Below, in pieces: positions 1-7,210 of a stretch of 16,035 nucleotides of DNA. The DNA lies in contig JBNJDT010000038.1 of NCBI GenBank assembly GCA_051745145.1, positions 1-16,035 on the forward strand. Reading direction: 5' to 3'. Under the pieces are notes generated by a model. The model was not told where the DNA came from, made no database searches, and was given only the letters and a program-made list of their open reading frames with translations. Position 1 is the first letter of the stretch. The number at the start of each line of letters is the position of its first letter. This stretch comes from Elusimicrobiota bacterium. Lineage in GTDB: Bacteria > CG03 > SLGR01 > JAGXOG01. A program made the position numbers and the translations under genes.

Positions 1-203
1 CCGTCGGGCATCATATTGTCCGGATGGTATATGCCGGCTTCTTCCTTGTGATATCTTACGCAGCTCTTCCAGTTACCTTTACAGTATAACCGGACCCATT
101 TTTCATCAATTTTTCCAGCTTCCCGGTAATATTTTATCGGGCACACGGTGTACCATTTACATATTCCCGGTGAATTTTTTGAATTTTCCGGGTCTTTTTT
201 CAT
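1..203 (-). CDS. Small conserved Cys-rich hypothetical protein (3' end beyond window edge)
   Basis: Not in the ORF track. Hand translation from ATG at 203 gives MKKDPENSKNSPGICKWYTVCPIKYYREAGKIDEKWVRLYCKGNWKSCVRYHKEEAGIYHPDNMMPDG..., open to position 1. It has 4 Cys plus an HPDxMxPDG motif and starts 10 bp after the J-domain gene stop. Confidence 0.8.
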   Translation of the reverse strand, partial: MKKDPENSKNSPGICKWYTVCPIKYYREAGKIDEKWVRLYCKGNWKSCVRYHKEEAGIYHPDNMMPD

Positions 204-213
204 TTTAAATAAG

Positions 214-540
214 TTACTTGTCCTCTTTCTTCCCCCACCAGTCACCGTAAAATCGGTCTATATACTGTTTATAAGCTTCAGCCGGAGAAACCTGCTTTAC
301 TTTCTCTCTGACAAAAGAAAATTTATGTAGATCACAATAATCCATTATCAACTTATAAGCCCGGGATATCTTCTTGAACTTTTCTTCACACTCTTCTTTT
401 TCATCATCCCCGCATCTATCCGGGTGATATTTAAGGGATAATTTTTTATAGGCGGTCCTAATGTCGCTCATAGTTGCCCGTTTTCCTAAATTTAATATTT
501 TCCTTGCCCTATTTACATTTTTATAAGTTAAATTATCCAT
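214..540 (-). CDS. Small DnaJ (J-domain) protein
   Basis: Canonical J-domain: ARKILNL...DIRTAYKKLSLKYHPDR...EEKFKKISRAYKLI with the HPD motif. Short aromatic C-terminal tail and no G/F or Zn-finger region (class C J protein). Confidence 0.92.
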   Translation of the reverse strand: MDNLTYKNVNRARKILNLGKRATMSDIRTAYKKLSLKYHPDRCGDDEKEECEEKFKKISRAYKLIMDYCDLHKFSFVREKVKQVSPAEAYKQYIDRFYGDWWGKKEDK

Positions 541-542
541 AT

Positions 543-1550
543 TTACTTTGGTTCTCTTTTGCTTCTAACCGGTAACTTTTTTTCTTTAATATATACTTTA
601 TTGTTTCCCATTTTTAATTTTCTACCTACGGGAACGGTATTAATTAGATACTGTTTTTTAAGATTAATAAATTTTGTGATATTATCTTCACTTACATATC
701 CGTCTAAAATTTCTATTCCTTTCCCGGTCATTATAAATACGGGTATGGCATTGGTTAATTGAACTATAGCTTTACTTCCGGTTTCTTTTCTTATTAAATC
801 GGATCCGCAGCTCCAGACCATATCCGCGTATTTTCCAATTTCTTTTACTCTTTTTTCAGTTACCCCGGTAGTGCATAAAACAATGACATATATATTTACG
901 TTTTGATCTTTTTCTAATTCTCTGTATTTTGCTATATTACTTTCTAGAAATCCGTTTACCGTAACAGCAATATTTTTATAGCCTAATTTAATAGCTTTTT
1001 TTACTCCTTTAAACTGATCTATTGAAGCATTTTCAGATAATAGATGAGCACCTTCTTTTTCTAACCGGCTGATAACTTTTTTTATTCTGGTGGTGTAAAA
1101 AAGCCCGTTCATTCTTGAACCTATTCCCTGTGCTGTCTCGGAAGAATCCGTTATAACAGTTCCGGCACCGTCACAAACTAAAACCGCCGAATCTATGATC
1201 TCTTTTTCTCGGGCTATCATTAACATCTCCGATGTCCCGTAGGGAACAGCAATATCAGATCTTTTCAGTTTCCGGTTTTCGGTAAAATGTCCGAACTTTT
1301 CTATTTTTTCCATTACCGATTTTTTTATTTCGGACTTTACTTTATCAAAATCGATATTTTCAGTATCCGGATCCGGTAAATCTTTATACAGCATCTTAGC
1401 AAGCGGACAGTACTTTAAAACCGGATCACTTATTTTTATTACTTTTCTATGGGATACAGCCACAAAAGAAGAAAAAAACCGGGTTATATGAAGGTCCTTA
1501 TAATCTTTCGGGTCAATATTTAGTTTTTCGATTATCCGGTTTATATCCAT
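543..1550 (-). CDS. DUF2099 family protein (putative methanogenesis marker protein 8-like)
   Basis: Motifs YCPL, YGTSE, AVLVCDGAGTVI, QGIGSRMNGL, AIKLGYKNIAVTV and CTTG match my recollection of DUF2099. Confidence 0.8.
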   Translation of the reverse strand: MDINRIIEKLNIDPKDYKDLHITRFFSSFVAVSHRKVIKISDPVLKYCPLAKMLYKDLPDPDTENIDFDKVKSEIKKSVMEKIEKFGHFTENRKLKRSDIAVPYGTSEMLMIAREKEIIDSAVLVCDGAGTVITDSSETAQGIGSRMNGLFYTTRIKKVISRLEKEGAHLLSENASIDQFKGVKKAIKLGYKNIAVTVNGFLESNIAKYRELEKDQNVNIYVIVLCTTGVTEKRVKEIGKYADMVWSCGSDLIRKETGSKAIVQLTNAIPVFIMTGKGIEILDGYVSEDNITKFINLKKQYLINTVPVGRKLKMGNNKVYIKEKKLPVRSKREPK

Positions 1551-1568
1551 TTTTACTATTATTTTAAT

Positions 1569-2087
1569 TTATAATTTTTCAGGAAGAAATAAATTTAAAA
1601 CTATGCCCTCGATATAAGAAGCTATTACTATATAAAAAGAAATTAAAAGCACATAGGTCAACCCAAAATATTTTATCATTAAAGGCAGCAGGGGTAATTT
1701 AATTGCCCGGGTATATAAAAATACTCCCGCCAGCCCGGCACTCATTCCTTTTTCTCTTAAATCTTTAAGTAAATTATACCATAAATAGATAGAACCGTGG
1801 CTTAAAATACCCGCCCCGGCCGCTATTATCCATCCTTTAATTCCGGATTCTTGACCTAAATATTTTATGACTTTTTTAGCAGATAAAAAATAGTTAATTA
1901 TCCCCATAAATAATATTATTCCAATTAATACGGGAACAATTTTCAAAAATATTTCTCCCCCGGTTTTTAACGCTTCTACGGTCTTTGAATAATTATAAAA
2001 AATCAGTATTACATAAGTTAAGATAACTATAGCTAAAAACCAGAGACCTGAAAACCCTTTCTTTTTTTTATTATTGTTTTTTTTCAT
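1569..2087 (-). CDS. Small permease (DUF318/ArsP-like), subunit B
   Basis: Several TM segments; KYLGQESGIKGWIIAAGAGILSHG.IY.WY.LL.DLREKG and FLY.RAIKLPLLP.M motifs. ATGA overlap with the upstream permease gene. Confidence 0.8.
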   Translation of the reverse strand: MKKNNNKKKKGFSGLWFLAIVILTYVILIFYNYSKTVEALKTGGEIFLKIVPVLIGIILFMGIINYFLSAKKVIKYLGQESGIKGWIIAAGAGILSHGSIYLWYNLLKDLREKGMSAGLAGVFLYTRAIKLPLLPLMIKYFGLTYVLLISFYIVIASYIEGIVLNLFLPEKL

Positions 2088-2443
2088 CCTAAAAGTTTTA
2101 AAGTTAAAACCACTAACACTGCCGAACCGAGGGAAAGGAAAAAACAGATAATATTTCTGACAACCGCAAATTTGCGGCCCAAAATTACTGATTCAGCGGG
2201 AAACTGAATAATACCGACGGTAACCCACGAAATCATAAATGCCGTAACAGCGAATAAACTTACACCTTTATTCAATAGTTCCCCGCCTATTATATAACTG
2301 GTTATGGGATTTCCCGCTGAAATGCTACCGAATATATTCCCGATGAGAGTATCCTTTACTATAGAACCGGTAAATAAAGCTGTAATTGTCCGGCGGGTTA
2401 TAAAAACTTTAAACAGCCCAATACTAAGCAAAACCCCTATCAA
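2084..2443 (-). CDS. Small permease (DUF318/ArsP-like), subunit A; true start may be upstream (frame open to ~2539)
   Basis: GSISAGNPITSYIIGGELL..GVSLFAVTAFMISWVTVG..QFPAE...LG.KFA..RN motif; hydrophobic. The TTG start given by the ORF track falls inside the first TM helix. Confidence 0.8.
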   Translation of the reverse strand: MIGVLLSIGLFKVFITRRTITALFTGSIVKDTLIGNIFGSISAGNPITSYIIGGELLNKGVSLFAVTAFMISWVTVGIIQFPAESVILGRKFAVVRNIICFFLSLGSAVLVVLTLKLLG

Positions 2444-2513
2444 AATAGGGCTTACCTTCCCAAAACTCTGAGCTGATTTTAGAATACTTTTTTTAAAACT
2501 TTTTTTAGATTTA

Positions 2514-2828
2514 TTATTTATTTTTACTTTGCAGTTCTTCTATAAATTCTTCTACTTCCTCATAGCCCTCTTTATAAAACTCCTCTTCTTCGGGGGCAAT
2601 TTCCTTAAGTAACCGCAAGAATTCACCGGCATGAACTTTTTCTTCATCGGCAATATCTTTCAATACTTCCTTAGCAAGTATATTATCCGTAGATTCGGCA
2701 AGCTGGGTATAAAGCTGTATGGCCTCGTATTCTGCCGCCACCTGAAATCTGATAGCTCTTACCAGCTCCTTATCGGTTAATTTCCTGTCTTTTTTTAATC
2801 CTGAAAACGAATCTCCAAAATCGGGCAT
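2514..2828 (-). CDS. Short ferritin-like / rubrerythrin-family di-iron protein (EncFtn-like two-helix type)
   Basis: AAEYEAIQLY (ExEA..Y) and DIADEEKVHAGE (EExxH) di-iron ligand motifs; 104 aa; strong RBS AAGGAGGT just upstream. Confidence 0.85.
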   Translation of the reverse strand: MPDFGDSFSGLKKDRKLTDKELVRAIRFQVAAEYEAIQLYTQLAESTDNILAKEVLKDIADEEKVHAGEFLRLLKEIAPEEEEFYKEGYEEVEEFIEELQSKNK

Positions 2829-2840
2829 AACTACCTCCTT

Positions 2841-3647
2841 TTAAACTTCTTCTATCTTTTTACCAAACTCAATTAAGTTTTTGACAGCCGGCGAATCGGT
2901 ATATTTCTTTAAAAAATCCTCTCCGTCATCCATGGCTTTGACAATATTGGAATCTACGGGTATATTGCCCAGATACGGTACATCCAGTTCCACGGCTGCT
3001 TTTTTGCCCCCGCCCTTCTTAAAAAGGTCAATCTCTTTATTGCAGTGGGGACATTTAAACCCGCTCATATTTTCAAGAATTCCTAAAACAGGGACATTGA
3101 GCTTTTTTAAAAAGTTTACCGATTTTCTGGAATCCAGCAAAGCTATATCCTGGGGAGTGGTAACCACAATTCCTCCGTCTACATTATCAAAAAGCTGAAT
3201 AACGCTTAAAGGCTCGTCTCCGGTCCCCGGCGGGCAGTCAACTATCAAATAATCCAGTTTTCCCCACTCTACGTCAGCAGCGAACTGCCTTATTCCCCCC
3301 ATTTTCATGGGACCCCGCCATACCAGCGGAGTATCGGGTGAATCCATAAAAGATGCCATTGATATTACTTTCATATTATCTTTTTCAATGGGTATTATTC
3401 TTTCATTTTCCGCCTTTACTCCTACACCGTCAAATCCCATTGCTTTTACTACAGAAGGTCCGTGAAAATCAGCGTCGAATAATCCCGTATCATGCCCTTC
3501 TCTTGCAAGAAAATTCACCAGGTTTATACTTATAGAAGATTTACCCACTCCCCCTTTATTGGATATTATTATTATCTTTTTATCTATATCCTTAAAATTC
3601 TCCTTTATATTTTCCTTAACTTTTTCCATATCTTGACTTTTATTCAT
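2841..3647 (-). CDS. Mrp/NBP35 (ApbC) family Fe-S cluster carrier ATPase
   Basis: Deviant Walker A KGGVGKS, plus DADFHGPS, VWRGPMK, WGKLDYLIVDCPPGTGD, VTTPQ and ENMS.F.CPHC (cluster-binding CxxC). RBS AAGGAG present. Confidence 0.95.
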   Translation of the reverse strand: MNKSQDMEKVKENIKENFKDIDKKIIIISNKGGVGKSSISINLVNFLAREGHDTGLFDADFHGPSVVKAMGFDGVGVKAENERIIPIEKDNMKVISMASFMDSPDTPLVWRGPMKMGGIRQFAADVEWGKLDYLIVDCPPGTGDEPLSVIQLFDNVDGGIVVTTPQDIALLDSRKSVNFLKKLNVPVLGILENMSGFKCPHCNKEIDLFKKGGGKKAAVELDVPYLGNIPVDSNIVKAMDDGEDFLKKYTDSPAVKNLIEFGKKIEEV

Positions 3648-3674
3648 TAATGTTCTCCTTTGATAACGTTCTAT

Positions 3675-4292
3675 CTATTTTCCGGCTTTTATTGTTATAA
3701 AGCTACCTTCCTTATGGCCAGGTCGGGGCTCCTCGATTTCCTTGAAATTTCCCGGACCTGCAAATAAAACCTGATTGGTCTTTATATTTTTAAACCCGGC
3801 ATTTTTTAAATAATTTTTTATATCCTTAAAAGTATAAAAGGTTGCATTATTATAAAACGGGCTGTTTTTTTGAGATTTATAATATTTACCCCATTTACTG
3901 TTTTTCTCAATAAACCCCGCAATAATAATACCGCCGTTTTTAAGTACCCGGTAGGTTTCCTCTATTACTTTTTCAGGATTATTTACAAAACATATAGTAA
4001 CTACATTGACAGTAAAATCAAAAAATTCAGAATCATAAGGCATTGATTCCCCATTACCCAGAGTAGTCTCTATGCCTCGGTCTTTAGCTTTTTTTAACAT
4101 ATTAGAAGAAGGATCTATACCGCAGCTGACCCCCAGTTCACTGGCAAATCTTCCGGTTCCCACTCCGACCTCTAAACCTTTTCCAGTCTCTGGTATAAAT
4201 TTTTTTAGAGCATTTAATTCACTTAAAAATATATCTTTATTTTCATCATACCACTGATCGTATCTATCGGCGTATTTATCAAATATACTCAC
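3675..4292 (-). CDS. Class I SAM-dependent methyltransferase
   Basis: Motif I LEVGVGTGRF, GIDPS..ML, GESMPY...FD, YRVLK.GG; GTG start. Confidence 0.92.
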   Translation of the reverse strand: MSIFDKYADRYDQWYDENKDIFLSELNALKKFIPETGKGLEVGVGTGRFASELGVSCGIDPSSNMLKKAKDRGIETTLGNGESMPYDSEFFDFTVNVVTICFVNNPEKVIEETYRVLKNGGIIIAGFIEKNSKWGKYYKSQKNSPFYNNATFYTFKDIKNYLKNAGFKNIKTNQVLFAGPGNFKEIEEPRPGHKEGSFITIKAGK

Positions 4293-4305
4293 TATACTTT
4301 AATTT

Positions 4306-4620
4306 TTAACCGGCATACTCCTCTACTGCGTTTTTAACGGTCCCGGATACACCGGTAACCACCTCAATTCCGTATTGAGACAGCGCGCTTGTGGCATTGG
4401 GCCCTACTTTTCCGGTAAGTAAAACTTCCGCGCCTTTTTCGTTTATCAGCTTTGCCGCTTCCGGACCGGCTCCGCCGGTCATTCCTGCCGCCCGGTTCTG
4501 CACCGGATCGAAATTAGTACTTCCATCTGTATCGGCAATAATAAAATAAGCACACCTGCCGAAATTCTTGGCTACCTGAGCATTCATTGACCCACCGGTT
4601 GATGTTACCGCTATTTTCAT
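4306..4620 (-). CDS. NifB/NifX family (FeMo-co biosynthesis domain) metal-cluster-binding protein
   Basis: MKIAVTS, NFGRCAYFII, GGAG..AA, LLTGKVGPNA...L...GI, GTVKNAV motifs; RBS AAGGAGAG. Confidence 0.92.
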   Translation of the reverse strand: MKIAVTSTGGSMNAQVAKNFGRCAYFIIADTDGSTNFDPVQNRAAGMTGGAGPEAAKLINEKGAEVLLTGKVGPNATSALSQYGIEVVTGVSGTVKNAVEEYAG

Positions 4621-4685
4621 TTGTCTCTCCTTTTTAAACTCTATTCTCTAATCTGATAAATTTGGTTATTTCTACCTTCAGCTGC

Positions 4686-5015
4686 TTAGTGATCGCAGGT
4701 ACTTTCCCCTGATTCCAGTTCGCCGGAGGCATATTCTTCTATAATTTTATCTATTTTACCCGTAACTCCCAGGATACACTTCATCCCCAGTTTTTTAAAA
4801 TAGTTCTGGGCTTTAGGTCCTGCACCACCGGCAATTATTATATCCGTCTCTTTTTCATTAAGCCATTTGGGGATTGCTCCCGGCTGATGGCCGGGGTTTA
4901 CTTCATAAAAACGGTTTTTCACTTCCCCGTTTTCAACCACGTAAAAATTATATCCTTCACATCTGCCAAAATGAGGTGAAACTCTATTTCCGTCTGTTGC
5001 AATTGCCACTTTCAT
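4686..5015 (-). CDS. NifB/NifX family protein with C-terminal CDH
   Basis: MKVAIA, VSPHFGRCEGY, NPGHQPG.IP.WL, IIAGGAGPKA, and a terminal ESTCDH. Confidence 0.92.
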   Translation of the reverse strand: MKVAIATDGNRVSPHFGRCEGYNFYVVENGEVKNRFYEVNPGHQPGAIPKWLNEKETDIIIAGGAGPKAQNYFKKLGMKCILGVTGKIDKIIEEYASGELESGESTCDH

Positions 5016-5029
5016 TAATTTCTTCTCCT

Positions 5030-5755
5030 TTAAATAATATCTTCAAGTTCTAAACTTCTTCCGCTTCCGATATCCACAAATCCCTCCGGGTGCATTTCTT
5101 TAAAAAGATAAATAGCTTTACTTCCCGTACAGTGAGAAGGACCGAATTTTTCAACTCCTTCATCCCTTAACCCGTTTATTATGTTTTTTACTTTTTTATC
5201 GGAACTTTTGCCCAAATGAAATCCCCCTAAAACCATGGCTACATTTTCTTTAAAAATATTGTTTGTTTCCCTGGTCATATTGAGAATTCCCGGGTGGGCG
5301 CACCCGGTTATCAGCAATAATTTACCGTTAACCTTTAATACTAGACTCTGTTCATCCGGTTTTAAAAATTTTTTAAACACAGGTGTAATATAAATTGAAG
5401 AAGTAATCTGAGTTTTTTCTTTTCCTGTATTTATTACCCTGTTGCCGTTTTCCTGCACCAGTCTGTCAACTTTGTTTGAAAAATTTTTGGGAATAAAAAT
5501 ATCTGCTTTTTTATTTAAATTTAAAAACCCTTCAAATCCGTCTATATGATCCCAGTGTTTATGAGAAAATGTTATTGCATCTATCTTTTTTATGTCAATA
5601 CCGGATTTTTTGAAATTTTTAACTAATTTATAGGGATTATCCCCGGTATCAAACAGCACTTTCTTCTTTGCATGTTCTACCACGCATGAAAAACCCCACC
5701 CCGTTTCCCAGTCGTGGTTATAAGGTCTGTTATCGTATATTACTGTAAGCTTCAT
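5030..5755 (-). CDS. MBL-fold metallo-hydrolase (COG1237 / DHPS-like subgroup)
   Basis: WGFS, LFDTG, SHKHWDHIDG (HxHxDH), ITGCAHPG, GGFHL and PSHCTG motifs; ATGA overlap with the DUF89 gene. Confidence 0.92.
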   Translation of the reverse strand: MKLTVIYDNRPYNHDWETGWGFSCVVEHAKKKVLFDTGDNPYKLVKNFKKSGIDIKKIDAITFSHKHWDHIDGFEGFLNLNKKADIFIPKNFSNKVDRLVQENGNRVINTGKEKTQITSSIYITPVFKKFLKPDEQSLVLKVNGKLLLITGCAHPGILNMTRETNNIFKENVAMVLGGFHLGKSSDKKVKNIINGLRDEGVEKFGPSHCTGSKAIYLFKEMHPEGFVDIGSGRSLELEDII

Positions 5756-6621
5756 ATAGATCTGTCTTTAATTACCATATTACCCGTATCACAGTTTAAA
5801 TGCCCGGCTATTACAGGACATTTGGCCATGAGCATAAAATAAAGATTCTTCCGGTCCACATCGCTTAAAGTTTCATAGTTTCCCTGTCCTTTTGCAATAA
5901 CTAAATCCGCCCTGTAAAAATAATCTTTAAATTCATCAGAACAATAGTCTAAAACCGTCCCCGGCGCCCTGTCTCCGTTATCTATTACCTTACAAACTTC
6001 CCCCATACCGATCTGCCGGGCATCTTTATAGGTCACATCATTTATAACCGGTTTTCCTCTTACGGTATAAATTATGTTGATATCTTTAAAATCATTTTGT
6101 ATTTCTCTTATAAAAAGTTTGTCCAGTACTATTTCACCGGAATTGTCTCCTATATACAACAGGGTCCCGGCCTCCCCTAATTTCTTTTTAAACTCCGAAA
6201 AATGATCAATTACCGGTTTCTTCTTTAATACTTTTTTAATATCTTTGTGATCGTGGTTTTCTTTTCTTTTGCCTGCCCCGCTGTCTATCTGATTTCCGGC
6301 AATAGAAAGTTTGCAGGCCTGAAGCAGCGGTTCTTCGCTTTGGTCAACCAGTTCTTTAAGGTGGTCGTAAATTTTAAGCATATCCCGGTTGTCATTTTCT
6401 TTTATTTTTCTGTACGGATCAGGATCGGATGTTTTTTCTCCTATCATTTCATATACTTCCCTGGCTATTGACGGTGGAGAAGTATCATAATCCAGCCGGC
6501 TTAAAATACTCATTACTTCATTTAAGATGGATTTATGAACTTTTACATCTTCGGTGGACATACGGGCGCATTCTAAAGACTGGTTTAAAAAACAGGGAAA
6601 ACAATCCAGATAAGTTTTCAT
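5752..6621 (-). CDS. DUF89 / ARMT1-like damage-control phosphatase family protein
   Basis: N-terminal LDCFPCF, DPY..IK, IAGN.ID, DNSGEIVLDK, PVINDVT, IAKGQGNYETL and MAKCPV motifs. Confidence 0.92.
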   Translation of the reverse strand: MKTYLDCFPCFLNQSLECARMSTEDVKVHKSILNEVMSILSRLDYDTSPPSIAREVYEMIGEKTSDPDPYRKIKENDNRDMLKIYDHLKELVDQSEEPLLQACKLSIAGNQIDSGAGKRKENHDHKDIKKVLKKKPVIDHFSEFKKKLGEAGTLLYIGDNSGEIVLDKLFIREIQNDFKDINIIYTVRGKPVINDVTYKDARQIGMGEVCKVIDNGDRAPGTVLDYCSDEFKDYFYRADLVIAKGQGNYETLSDVDRKNLYFMLMAKCPVIAGHLNCDTGNMVIKDRSI

Positions 6622-7125
6622 TTAACTATTCCTTTCTCTACCCTGGCCATTTTTAGGGCCTGTTCTGCCGCCTTGTTTGGAATTTACCTGTCCTTGCCCT
6701 TGACCTTTCCCGGCTCCCTGTCCGGGGCGGGTGGAAGTATTATTACTATCGCCTCCTTCATCCTGTAAGCCAAAATGTCCTCCGACAGTAGCCTGTTCTA
6801 TCTTTTTTAAATTTCCGTTATTAAATGCCTTTATTGCCTGTTTTACAGTCCCCCCGTCAACCGAATAAATTTTAATATCCGAATTTAAAATAACATTTGA
6901 CGCGTTTGGCCCTATATTTCCGGTTATAATTACCTGCGGGTTCTCATTCATCACAATTTTTGAAGCTTCAACACCCGCTCCCCTGGCGGCCCGGGCCGCT
7001 GTATTTTCAACTACCTTATATTCATCTTTTTTTGAATTATAAAAGATAAAATAACTACATCTTCCAAACCGGGGGTCAACCGGTGAATCTTTTTTATTCC
7101 CTGTAGACGTAATACATAATTTCAT
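6622..7125 (-). CDS. NifB/NifX family protein with Gly/Gln-rich basic C-terminal tail
   Basis: VDPRFGRCSYF, GAGVEA, ITGNIGPNA, GTVKQAI and GHFG motifs, then the low-complexity tail PGQGAGKGQGQGQ...GGRTGPKNGQGRER. RBS AAGGAG. Confidence 0.9.
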   Translation of the reverse strand: MKLCITSTGNKKDSPVDPRFGRCSYFIFYNSKKDEYKVVENTAARAARGAGVEASKIVMNENPQVIITGNIGPNASNVILNSDIKIYSVDGGTVKQAIKAFNNGNLKKIEQATVGGHFGLQDEGGDSNNTSTRPGQGAGKGQGQGQVNSKQGGRTGPKNGQGRERNS

Positions 7126-7166
7126 GTGTAAACTCCTTTAAAACTGTATAACACAATCACAATATA

Positions 7167-7198
7167 ATAGTGCAGAGATCCCGGGACCCCTGCACTAT
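7167..7198 (-). terminator. Intra-operon stem-loop after the DUF5320 gene (weak terminator or mRNA-stabilising hairpin)
   Basis: Perfect 9-bp arms ATAGTGCAG (7167-7175) and CTGCACTAT (7190-7198). On the minus-strand RNA the stem extends to 14 bp with G-U pairs (loop CCGG) and is followed only by a poor U-tract (UAUAUUGU). Confidence 0.6.
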
Positions 7199-7210
7199 CT
7201 TTTCCTCTTC

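Noticed and set aside
2084..5755. Selenocysteine read-through at TGA stops (2084-2086, 5752-5754)
   Set aside because: Both are ordinary ATGA stop/start overlaps at the natural ends of the proteins.
4306..7125. Nitrogen fixation (nif) cluster
   Set aside because: Only stand-alone NifB/NifX domains are present, with no nifHDK, nifEN or radical-SAM NifB; these domains are common in non-diazotrophic anaerobes.
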